A DNA stretch of 42,042 bases, from the sequence record NC_048112.1. One strand, written 5' to 3'. Under the pieces are notes generated by a model, which was not told the origin of the DNA, made no database searches, and saw nothing but the letters and a program-made list of their open reading frames with translations. This DNA comes from Escherichia phage Skarpretter. The stretch's first letter is position 1. Each line of letters starts with the position of its first letter. Shown here piece by piece: positions 35,151-42,042 of the stretch. Made by a program: the position numbers and the translations under genes.

Positions 35151-35696
35151 ATGACTACAGCAATCACAATGAAAGTAACCCTCGGCGCACTGGCTGGCCT
35201 GATCTCCTACTGCGAAAACAAAAAAATGAAAATGGCAAAGATTCAGGCGCACGTTTCTAACATCGCCTTTATCGAACTGAATCACCCGGCCTTTGCTTAC
35301 GCTAAAGACCTGCTCAACGAGGCCGCTGATAAGCGCCGCACCTTCTCCGGCGTTGCTAACTGCATCCAGGCGGCGATTACTGAGATCAACCGCGTGATCG
35401 ACGCTGCGCACGCTGAGGCCCTGGAAATGGACGCGGTAGTAAATGATTGCGTAACCCGTTTCAAATACTGCATCGATCACTATCAGGCTGAATGCAACGT
35501 TAAAAACGAGATCCACGGCCTCGTGATTGCGAAAGGCTACGCGCTCGGCTGGACGGCTCGCATGATGGTTAAAATGGTGGCTAACGTGTGGCGTTTGGGT
35601 GAGGCGGCGGCAAAGGCACACCGCGCACATACTGCGGCAATGCTGGCGGCGGCTCCGGCTAATGGCTCAATCCCTGATTATGATCTCCCGTTTTAA
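35151..35696 (+). CDS. hypothetical protein with SSB-like C-terminal tip (..SIPDYDLPF)
   Basis: ~181 aa from ATG at 35151 (GAGG SD); C-terminus IPDYDLPF. Confidence 0.6.
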   Translation: MTTAITMKVTLGALAGLISYCENKKMKMAKIQAHVSNIAFIELNHPAFAYAKDLLNEAADKRRTFSGVANCIQAAITEINRVIDAAHAEALEMDAVVNDCVTRFKYCIDHYQAECNVKNEIHGLVIAKGYALGWTARMMVKMVANVWRLGEAAAKAHRAHTAAMLAAAPANGSIPDYDLPF

Positions 35697-35710
35697 CTCC
35701 GGGGCGGCGA

Positions 35711-35754
35711 ATAGCACGAATTGCTAAACGCCGCGTCTAAATACTATGTATAGT
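35711..35754 (+). promoter_or_regulatory. conserved promoter element
   Basis: ATAGCACgaatTGCTAAA, 22 nt, TATAGT, tatCTCACAccaac, before ATG 35788. Confidence 0.6.
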
Positions 35755-35787
35755 TATCTCACACCAACAAACAACGGAGTAAACGAA

Positions 35788-36102
35788 ATGAAAACTTTAA
35801 CAATCGCTCAACATGCTTCACTGGCTCGTGTATGCACCGCGTTACGCCTGGCAATCAGTAAAGGTAACATCACCGTAAGCAACGCGATCCGCCTGCTGTC
35901 CGGTGACGCAACAACCGCCGCTGGCGAGTTGGGCTTAACCCTCACCCGCCGCCAGGGGTCAACAACTCATGACCTGGACACGGTGGAGGTTGTGGAGTAC
36001 GCCTTAATGGCGCTGGCGTCCGGCTTTAAGCGTGACGTGCTGGAAGCGCTGAAAGAGTTACGCGCCGATAGTCACGCCGCTATTGACCGCGCCAAAATCT
36101 AA
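35788..36102 (+). CDS. hypothetical protein
   Basis: ~105 aa from ATG at 35788 (GGAG SD). Confidence 0.55.
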   Translation: MKTLTIAQHASLARVCTALRLAISKGNITVSNAIRLLSGDATTAAGELGLTLTRRQGSTTHDLDTVEVVEYALMALASGFKRDVLEALKELRADSHAAIDRAKI

Positions 36103-36144
36103 CCAGCCCGGCCCCTGCGGGGGCCATAACCCGGAGTAATTACC

Positions 36145-36426
36145 ATGCGTTACAATGAAGAAAAAGCCCTCTACTTTGCGGATCAGGATAAAGGTTTACA
36201 CGTCGCGCCGGACGAGGCAACGCGCAAAACTGATCTGCACATCCTGGTAACTCGCGCCCTGGACAAAGGGCACATTAAACAGGTTGCGTCCGATGATTCC
36301 GGGGTGTACTACCGGACAACGCCCGCTGGCGTCCGCCGCCTGCTGAATCTGCAAATCTCATGGCGTGAGAAAAACGGCAAAGACTGCGACGCGCACCGCG
36401 CCCGCCTGGCTCAATTGACGGAGTAA
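36145..36426 (+). CDS. hypothetical protein
   Basis: 93 aa, GGAG SD. Confidence 0.55.
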   Translation: MRYNEEKALYFADQDKGLHVAPDEATRKTDLHILVTRALDKGHIKQVASDDSGVYYRTTPAGVRRLLNLQISWREKNGKDCDAHRARLAQLTE

Positions 36427-36431
36427 GACCG

Positions 36432-36887
36432 ATGAAACCACAAGAGATCAAAAAGGCGGGCATCTTCTCAAAGGATGATATTCACTGCTTCACTGACTGC
36501 GGCTACAACTGCAAGGCAAAGGTAAGGGCTGATCTTGAGGCGCATTACGCGCCAATCGCTGCGGCGCTGGGTAACGGCTGGCGCGTTAACATCTGGCACA
36601 ACGGCGGCTGGCACGCTAACCTGGCGCATGATGAATCACAATTTTACCTGAGCGATCGAGCGGTGCGCGGCGGTATCAGTGCAATGAAGGTGGACGCCGA
36701 TCGGTTTGAGGACAACGTAAACCGCTTTGAGGTGTTCAATTACGAATACCCGGAGGGCACCAGCCAGGTTTGGGTGTACGGTAACGATCCGAAAGACGCG
36801 ATCCGCAACGCCTTTAACGCCGTGTCGGAGCGGGTAGTAGCCTACATGGTGCAACAACAAAAGATCCTGGACGCTTTCCCCGGATAG
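36432..36887 (+). CDS. hypothetical protein
   Basis: 151 aa, Trp/Asn/Gly-rich; stop codon lies inside next promoter palindrome. Confidence 0.55.
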   Translation: MKPQEIKKAGIFSKDDIHCFTDCGYNCKAKVRADLEAHYAPIAAALGNGWRVNIWHNGGWHANLAHDESQFYLSDRAVRGGISAMKVDADRFEDNVNRFEVFNYEYPEGTSQVWVYGNDPKDAIRNAFNAVSERVVAYMVQQQKILDAFPG

Positions 36888-36927
36888 CACTTTTTGCTAA
36901 ACGCTCCTCGTAAATACTTGGTATAGT
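36884..36927 (+). promoter_or_regulatory. conserved promoter element
   Basis: ATAGCACttttTGCTAAA, 22 nt, TATAGT, tctTTCACAccaac, before ATG 36959. Confidence 0.6.
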
Positions 36928-36958
36928 TCTTTCACACCAACACGAGGAGCGAAACAAA

Positions 36959-37180
36959 ATGGCTAAATCAACAATCCGCGTTACCAACGATAAAGGCTTT
37001 GGCGGTTACTACGGCAACCTCCGCAAGTGGGAAGGTCTGAAACGTAAAGACCTGGCCTGGAAAGACGAGGATTTAACCGGAGAAAGCGCGGCGCACGATC
37101 CCGACTTCTGGATCGACGAGTACACCACGCAAGCGGAAATTGACTACCGCAACCGCGCACACCGCGCAAAGTTTGACTAA
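36959..37180 (+). CDS. hypothetical protein
   Basis: 73 aa, GAGGAG SD. Confidence 0.55.
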   Translation: MAKSTIRVTNDKGFGGYYGNLRKWEGLKRKDLAWKDEDLTGESAAHDPDFWIDEYTTQAEIDYRNRAHRAKFD

Positions 37181-37222
37181 CGGCCCCACGGGGCCAAATC
37201 CACCCAGCACGAGGGGCATTTT

Positions 37223-37579
37223 ATGACCGACAAGAAAGTAACCGTTATCACCCGCTGGCCTACGGCGGAGGATGCACACCAGGACGCGGAGCGCGTGGCG
37301 CTCATGCTGAAATTTCCGGGCACCGTGAAGATCGAAACGTTCACCCGTGAGGAAAAATACGGCGGCGGCTTTGGCTACACCATCGCGGACGGCGGGAGGA
37401 TCTCCGTTTCATGCTTGGGGATCACCCGTTACAAGGCGCGTTATCATGGCATTGACGGGCACGATCGGGAGGTTGACGGCCTCACGGCTGAGGATGCGAT
37501 CACCACGCTTAAAAACGAGTTGGCGGAGCATTGCAACGCCATGATCGAGGGTTTCAGGACTTTACAGGGCGGTGAATAA
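37223..37579 (+). CDS. hypothetical protein
   Basis: 118 aa, GAGGGG SD. Confidence 0.55.
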   Translation: MTDKKVTVITRWPTAEDAHQDAERVALMLKFPGTVKIETFTREEKYGGGFGYTIADGGRISVSCLGITRYKARYHGIDGHDREVDGLTAEDAITTLKNELAEHCNAMIEGFRTLQGGE

Positions 37580-37839
37580 TGCACCAGGTTAAGCAAGTTG
37601 GTTGGGCTGGCCCGAAAAAAAATAAAGCCGTTTACTCTGTCGTCCTCGGCGGACGCCTGCCGGAGTATTTTTATTGCGCCGGGCAAATGCACTACATCAA
37701 AGAGCGCCGGAATAATCGCGGGGCGATCGTTCGCCGTCCACTCCCGGTTGTGTCCAGCGTCACCCGAAAGCTGATCGAGGACGCCGTAAGGGCGTACCAG
37801 GTCGAGGAGATCAAGGCCAATGAGAAAGCCGGGGATTGA
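37579..37839 (+). CDS. hypothetical protein
   Basis: 86 aa, start overlaps previous stop (TAATG). Confidence 0.5.
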   Translation: MHQVKQVGWAGPKKNKAVYSVVLGGRLPEYFYCAGQMHYIKERRNNRGAIVRRPLPVVSSVTRKLIEDAVRAYQVEEIKANEKAGD

Positions 37840-38071
37840 TTACAGTAAACGCGTGCCCCGTATGTGGTTAAACGATATGGGGCCTGGTGGGCGCGTATTC
37901 TGCCGCGTGCGGAGCGCGTCAAAGGAGGCGTTGATCAAGTGGAGCAAAGAGCGCCGTTTGTTCTCGCTGTCCGGGTTGTACCTGCTGAATATTAACCGCC
38001 TGCCGCTGAAACGCTACCGGGCGGAGATCGCGGCGGGATCTTTGTTTGTTCACACTGGCTATAAAAGGTAA
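37820..38071 (+). CDS. hypothetical protein
   Basis: 83 aa, basic; GAGGAG SD; 20-nt overlap with previous ORF. Confidence 0.4.
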   Translation: MRKPGIDYSKRVPRMWLNDMGPGGRVFCRVRSASKEALIKWSKERRLFSLSGLYLLNINRLPLKRYRAEIAAGSLFVHTGYKR

Positions 38072-38076
38072 ATATC

Positions 38077-38379
38077 ATGGAAAATCAAAAGGCTGTAACC
38101 GTTGAAAAATTCGCCCGTTTGTATGAGGTACACGGGCGGCAATTCCTGGTTAAGAAGGGTAAAGACTCGGACGACAACCCGAAATTATCCATCATTACCC
38201 AAATTGACGGCGCGGAAGTTGATTTTGGTTTCTGCTTCCCGGACAACGATCAGGGCTGGGAAGGTCTGGATCATGCTTTCGCCAAAGAGCCGGAGATCCT
38301 GGAGGTTGTCAACGGATTTGGTGAGAAGATTAAAGACTGCAAAACCGCAATAGAAGTGATGTTTGCTTTAAGGTCGTAA
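38077..38379 (+). CDS. hypothetical protein
   Basis: 100 aa, acidic; last gene before terminator. Confidence 0.5.
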   Translation: MENQKAVTVEKFARLYEVHGRQFLVKKGKDSDDNPKLSIITQIDGAEVDFGFCFPDNDQGWEGLDHAFAKEPEILEVVNGFGEKIKDCKTAIEVMFALRS

Positions 38380-38400
38380 GTTAAAATTATGTTTCAACAT

Positions 38401-38430
38401 TAACCGCCCTTTGTGGCGGTTTTCTTTTTG
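38401..38430 (+). terminator. rho-independent terminator ending the early island
   Basis: AACCGCC-ctttgt-GGCGGTT followed by TTCTTTTTG. Confidence 0.7.
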
Positions 38431-38462
38431 GTGTTATATTCCCCTCGTTCACTAATCTTGCA

Positions 38463-38822
38463 ATGAGGGATCTCCGAATGTCAGACACGCCGCTAACCCT
38501 GCATCAGTTATTCATGATGTATCGAACTGAGTTAGGGTATTCATTCATCGCCGCCGTTGTGGCGGTCTTTCGTCACTGGCAATTGCGGCACCCTTTCCGG
38601 GATATGGTAACGAGCGCCGTTATCTGCGCCGCTTTTGCTTTCGGTATGAAATCAATTTTAGAATTTTTCAAAATCGACGGCGGGTTATGGGGTTATCTGG
38701 CCTCGGTCATGCTGGGCTATATGGGTGTCGAAACCCTGTTAGACTACGCCAGCGAAAAGATCCCATTCCTGCGCCGTTCCCCCCGTAAAACTGAGGAGTT
38801 AAACGACAATGGCAAAGCGTGA
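38463..38822 (+). CDS. S: holin, lambda S-like, with dual-start motif
   Basis: 119 aa; begins MRDLRM (two Met separated by charged residues, like lambda S107/S105); TM segments; LGYMGVETLLDYASEKI resembles lambda S IGYIGTDSIGSLIKRF. Confidence 0.7.
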   Translation: MRDLRMSDTPLTLHQLFMMYRTELGYSFIAAVVAVFRHWQLRHPFRDMVTSAVICAAFAFGMKSILEFFKIDGGLWGYLASVMLGYMGVETLLDYASEKIPFLRRSPRKTEELNDNGKA

Positions 38823-39282
38823 AGTCACACCACAACGCAAGGCGTTTTTGGACGCGATCGCCGTGGGCGAGGGCACCGATAATGGACGCCAGCAAACCGC
38901 CAATCATGGCTATGACGTGATTGTAGGCGGTAGCCTGTTTACTGACTACAGCGATCACCCGCGTAAGCTGGTGGTGCTCAATCCCAAACTGAAAAGCACG
39001 GCGGCGGGCCGCTATCAGCTTTTGAGCCGCTATTACGATTCGTATAAAAAATCCCTGGGCCTGCCGGACTTCTCGCCGGAAAGCCAGGATCAGATCGCCC
39101 TCCAGCAAATCGCGGAGCGCGGGGCGCTGGCGGACGTGGACGCGGGCCGGATCAAAGACGCCGTGAAGAAATGCCGCACTATTTGGGCCTCCATGCCGGG
39201 ATCGCCATACGGGCAACGCACGGAGACTATGGCGGACTTTCTGGAATACTTCACCGCTGCGGGCGGTAAGGTAGCCGCGTAA
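38809..39282 (+). CDS. R: endolysin, lambda R-like lytic transglycosylase
   Basis: 157 aa, near-colinear with lambda R: QRKAFLD, EGTDNGRQ, NHGYDVIVGG, LFTDYSDHPRKLV, LNPKLKST, AGRYQLLSR. Confidence 0.9.
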   Translation: MAKREVTPQRKAFLDAIAVGEGTDNGRQQTANHGYDVIVGGSLFTDYSDHPRKLVVLNPKLKSTAAGRYQLLSRYYDSYKKSLGLPDFSPESQDQIALQQIAERGALADVDAGRIKDAVKKCRTIWASMPGSPYGQRTETMADFLEYFTAAGGKVAA

Positions 39283-39833
39283 TGTGGGGCGCGATCCTGG
39301 CCCTCCTGCGCCGATACTGGAAGCCGATCGCCGTAATCCTCCTCGTGCTGCTGGCGCTGGGGGGATCTTACCTTAAAGGCTCGGCTGATAAGGATCAGGA
39401 ATGGCAAGCGCGATGGACACAACGCGATCTGGACGATTCCACCCAGAAAGGGATCGATAATGTAGCCGCCCGGATAATTGAACAAGGCCGGGCCATTGAA
39501 CGCCAGGAGGCGATCGAGGATGCACAAAAACGGGAAGCCGCCGCGCTGGCTGCTGCTGATCGGTTGCGTGGTACTGTTGACGGCCTGCAACAACTCGCCA
39601 ACAAATACGCGGCCCAACTGGACGCCCAGCGGGCAACCACTGATCTTGCCGCTGCCGTCGCAAGCAAAACAAAAGCCCAGGGGGCCGGAGTGCTCGCCGT
39701 CATGCTCGGAAGCGTTGCAAAGGAAGCTGAATATTATGCTAAACGATCTGACGAAAGCTACGACGCCGGGCTAACCTGCGAGCGGCTTTACGAGTCGGTG
39801 AGGGTGACGCAAGAAAAAGTCAAGGGGCCATAA
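39282..39833 (+). CDS. Rz: i-spanin (Rz-like)
   Basis: 183 aa; N-terminal TM helix, periplasmic coiled-coil; TAATG coupling with R. Confidence 0.7.
   Translation: MWGAILALLRRYWKPIAVILLVLLALGGSYLKGSADKDQEWQARWTQRDLDDSTQKGIDNVAARIIEQGRAIERQEAIEDAQKREAAALAAADRLRGTVDGLQQLANKYAAQLDAQRATTDLAAAVASKTKAQGAGVLAVMLGSVAKEAEYYAKRSDESYDAGLTCERLYESVRVTQEKVKGP
39520..39774 (+). CDS. Rz1: o-spanin (Rz1-like) lipoprotein embedded in +1 frame of Rz
   Basis: ~84 aa from internal ATG; signal peptide with lipobox (LIGC / LTAC), Pro-rich mature region. Confidence 0.55.
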   Translation: MHKNGKPPRWLLLIGCVVLLTACNNSPTNTRPNWTPSGQPLILPLPSQAKQKPRGPECSPSCSEALQRKLNIMLNDLTKATTPG

Positions 39834-39848
39834 CGGCCCCTTTTTTTA
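39822..39848 (+). terminator. rho-independent terminator (bidirectional position)
   Basis: GGGGCC-ataac-GGCCCC followed by T7; between Rz and convergent Ig-like gene. Confidence 0.8.
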
Positions 39849-40583
39849 TGCTGCTGGGTTGACGGTTAACACGCAATTGGTGCTTTGCGCCGTCTTGTTG
39901 TTGGCGTCTTTGACGATAACATAATACGTGCCAGCATCACCCGCAACGGCTGCGGCCTTGCTGTACGTTGCGGAGGTTGCGCCGGAGATCGCGGCCCCGT
40001 CTTTGTACCACTGATAAGTGCGGGCGGGTTTGCTGGTGGTTGCTGCCGCTGCCACGATCGAGATCGCCGCCCCGGTGTCAACTGCCAGCGTTGCGGGCGG
40101 CTGCGTGCTAAAGCTCGGCAAGCGGTAGGAGGTGACGGGCATCACGTTAGACGTGATCGCGGTTCCTTCTGCGTCCGTTACCACGCATGACCAGTTATAG
40201 GTGCCGTTGCTTGGGAAAACATCATCAACGTTGCTTGGGCCAAATGTCGGTGAGTTCGATCCCACGTTGGACGCGCTGCGCTTCCACTGGTAAGTGTAAG
40301 GGGCAACGCCGCCAGTAACGGCAACCGTGAGCGGGCCGAATGTTTCCCCGTTGCTTAGGTACACGTCGGCGTGACTTGTGGCAATGTTGGTGGTAAACGC
40401 CAGCGGCTTAACCAGGCGCGGATCAAGCTCAATATAAAACATCCCGGTAGGGTCGAGATCTGCCGGGTCGGTATCAAGCCAGATAATATCTTTTTGCGGG
40501 GTGTGCCCGCTCGCTGGATCTTCGATGCGGGTTACTTTCCACCCTAACAGATCCTTGCGGTAGTATCGGTGCCAAAAGCCCAT
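39846..40583 (-). CDS. protein with two predicted Ig-like domains
   Basis: 245 aa; two repeats with Ig-like signature (YTYQWKRS...GTYNWSCVVTD and YQWYKDGAAISGATSATY...GTYYVIVKD...CVLTV); AAGAGG SD. Confidence 0.6.
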   Translation of the reverse strand: MGFWHRYYRKDLLGWKVTRIEDPASGHTPQKDIIWLDTDPADLDPTGMFYIELDPRLVKPLAFTTNIATSHADVYLSNGETFGPLTVAVTGGVAPYTYQWKRSASNVGSNSPTFGPSNVDDVFPSNGTYNWSCVVTDAEGTAITSNVMPVTSYRLPSFSTQPPATLAVDTGAAISIVAAAATTSKPARTYQWYKDGAAISGATSATYSKAAAVAGDAGTYYVIVKDANNKTAQSTNCVLTVNPAA

Positions 40584-40635
40584 GATTTTTGCCTCTTTGT
40601 TGATTGCAATCGGGAGGATGATAAACCAACACCCC

Positions 40636-40664
40636 GTTAAACGAAAGGAGCCGCGTTTTGCGGC
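40636..40664 (-). terminator. rho-independent terminator
   Basis: Minus strand GCCGC-aaaac-GCGGC followed by TCCTTTCGTTT. Confidence 0.5.
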
Positions 40665-40674
40665 CCCTTCTCGG

Positions 40675-41007
40675 TTACTGCGTTATCTTGCCAGCCTTAA
40701 CCCATTTAACGCGCCTGTTAGCCACTGAGGCAAGCGGACGCTCTAAACGTGCGGCAATCTCTTTGGTTGTTACGCCCTCGTTTGCCAACTCGATCAACGC
40801 CTGATCCTCCGTGCTTTTCCAGTATTCGAAAGATCGGGCCGCTTTCATGTCGAGGCCCAAATAGCGCCCCCGATTCTGGATCGAGTTGAGCGGACGGCCC
40901 AACTTGTGCGCAAGCTGTTTGGCGGTTAAGCGCTCCTCTTTCGGCAATGCCGCGTTACTGATCAGCGCCTGATCCTCTGCTGCGGTGTACTGTTTCCCGT
41001 TTGGCAT
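40675..41007 (-). CDS. DNA-binding protein with two tandem Myb/SANT-like HTH repeats
   Basis: 110 aa; repeats AEDQALIS...TAKQLAHKLGRPLNSIQNR and TEDQALIEL...TTKEIAARLERPLASVANRR resemble the Myb repeat W-x-EDQ-x-IEL...IA..L...R. Confidence 0.5.
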   Translation of the reverse strand: MPNGKQYTAAEDQALISNAALPKEERLTAKQLAHKLGRPLNSIQNRGRYLGLDMKAARSFEYWKSTEDQALIELANEGVTTKEIAARLERPLASVANRRVKWVKAGKITQ

Positions 41008-41009
41008 TA

Positions 41010-41162
41010 TTCATCCTCCGCAAAGCGCAAAGCCTTTTGGCGGGTGATCTCTTTCGCCAGCGTTTTGATCAGGTCTGCCCAATCGAACGTGCCACGGATC
41101 ACGCTCTCCGGGTTCGCGCCTTTGGCGAGCGCCTGGATCTGCTTGTGGGTTAATTTCTTCAT
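41010..41162 (-). CDS. small hypothetical ORF (50 aa), translationally coupled
   Basis: Not in supplied ORF track; ATG overlaps upstream stop (ATGA), stop overlaps downstream ATG; supported only by coupling. Confidence 0.3.
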
Positions 41163-41419
41163 AAGCCTTTAAGCCTCTTTGGGTTGTGGTTGGTTTTAAT
41201 GGCGGCTTTAAACTCCGCCTTTGTCTGCTGCGTGCCGGGAACGATCCGCACGTAACGCTGGGGTTTATTGTGTAAGAAGGTGCAAACCCCGTCTTTGATT
41301 ACTGCAATGTCGGCTATGTCGCCGTCAAACGCGGCGGAGATCCGCTTTATGTCCTCCGCCATGCCTGCGGCTTTCACCGCCTCCCATACCTCCGCCTTAC
41401 TGCCGTTTTTGTAATGCAC
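41159..41419 (-). CDS. hypothetical protein
   Basis: 86-aa ORF in coupled operon. Confidence 0.5.
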   Translation of the reverse strand: MHYKNGSKAEVWEAVKAAGMAEDIKRISAAFDGDIADIAVIKDGVCTFLHNKPQRYVRIVPGTQQTKAEFKAAIKTNHNPKRLKGL

Positions 41420-41795
41420 GGGTTAACGCCTCCGCGTGCCGGACAACCCGATCGCACGTCTCCACATCAAACAACCCTATGTGGCATTGCGATTTGGGGA
41501 TCTCCAGGAGTTTAGCGAGCCACGCGTAAGCCTGACTCCGTTTCTTCCATCCGTTGCGCCAGATAGGATCAAAGGCCGCATGAGCCTTGTTACGGGCGCG
41601 TTTTGTCGCTTTGTCCGCCGTATTCCCCAGCGGGCGATCGGTGTCTTTGTGGCAACCCACGCTGGCACCGCACGGGCAAATGTAGCATTTCAGGTGATGC
41701 AAATCCGGGCGTTTTGGGTAAAGCGCTGCGGCACTGCTCAAAACTGCGGAGGCAACGCCCCCGCAAATTGCACAATCAATGGCTTTATTTTCCAT
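41397..41795 (-). CDS. zinc-finger (Cys-rich) hypothetical protein
   Basis: ~133 aa from ATG at 41795; CAICGG...CYICPCG...CH Cys clusters. Confidence 0.5.
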   Translation of the reverse strand: MENKAIDCAICGGVASAVLSSAAALYPKRPDLHHLKCYICPCGASVGCHKDTDRPLGNTADKATKRARNKAHAAFDPIWRNGWKKRSQAYAWLAKLLEIPKSQCHIGLFDVETCDRVVRHAEALTRALQKRQ

Positions 41796-42000
41796 ATGCA
41801 CCCCGCAAAGCGTCGCGGGCGTTTTCTTCGGCCTGGGCCGCTTCACGTTTCAGGGCGGCAACTGCTGCCGGGCCTGCATGGTACATTTTCAGGCGGTTAC
41901 GGAGACGGCAAGCCAGATCCGCCAGCACATGAGCCTGAGCCAGTAACAGCGGGGAAACGATCTGCGCTTTGTTGCTTTTGGTGATTAGTAAAGTTTGCAT
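41785..42000 (-). CDS. hypothetical protein
   Basis: ~71 aa from ATG at 42000 with GAGGAG SD, directly downstream of promoter element at window edge. Confidence 0.45.
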   Translation of the reverse strand: MQTLLITKSNKAQIVSPLLLAQAHVLADLACRLRNRLKMYHAGPAAVAALKREAAQAEENARDALRGAYGK

Positions 42001-42013
42001 CGTTGTTGCTCCT

Positions 42014-42042
42014 CTTGTTGGTGTGAGGTCACTATACAAAGT
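42014..42042 (-). promoter_or_regulatory. downstream half of conserved promoter element (TATAGT-N3-CTCACACCAAC), truncated by window edge
   Basis: Minus strand reads tatagtgacCTCACAccaac then GAGGAG SD and ATG at 42000. Confidence 0.5.

Noticed and set aside
1-42042. CRISPR array, tRNA genes, integrase/att sites, transposase
   Set aside because: No regularly spaced direct repeats, no intergenic region with tRNA hallmarks, and no tyrosine/serine recombinase or transposase-like ORF seen on either strand.

Overview
This 42 kb window is almost entirely coding and reads as a tailed dsDNA phage genome (possibly near-complete) of an enterobacterial podovirus. All calls rest on motif recognition and by-eye alignment to remembered reference proteins (P22, lambda, E. 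coli DnaN and SSB); no searches were run and coordinates may be off by 1-2 nt. The minus strand from ~29.7 kb down to 10.4 kb carries a P22-like morphogenesis module in P22 order: putative terS, terL, portal, scaffold, coat, gp4-like adaptor, gp10-like hub, gp26-like needle, four ejection proteins (the largest with an N-terminal lytic transglycosylase domain) and a tailspike with a P22-type head-binding N-terminus. The left arm (1-10.3 kb) is a replication/recombination module: SF2 helicase, VRR-NUC, PD-(D/E)xK exonuclease, Erf, SSB, HNH, Cro-like HTH, Zn-ribbon/TOPRIM primase, SPFH protein, dUTPase, Dam-type MTase and a truncated beta-clamp homolog. The right arm holds a plus-strand island of nine small genes (35.1-38.4 kb), a lambda-like S/R/Rz/Rz1 lysis cassette and a minus-strand operon of small regulators. 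No tRNA, CRISPR array, integrase or transposase was seen. The most notable observations are: a conserved promoter-like element (inverted repeat TAGCA-N5-TGCTA about 22 nt upstream of TATAGT-N3-CTCACA) heading at least six units, several of them insertions inside the P22-like module with their own terminators; two unrelated proteins ending in an SSB-like D-(I/L)-P-F tip; a DnaN homolog lacking domain I; and a several-fold excess of GATC alongside a Dam-family methyltransferase.
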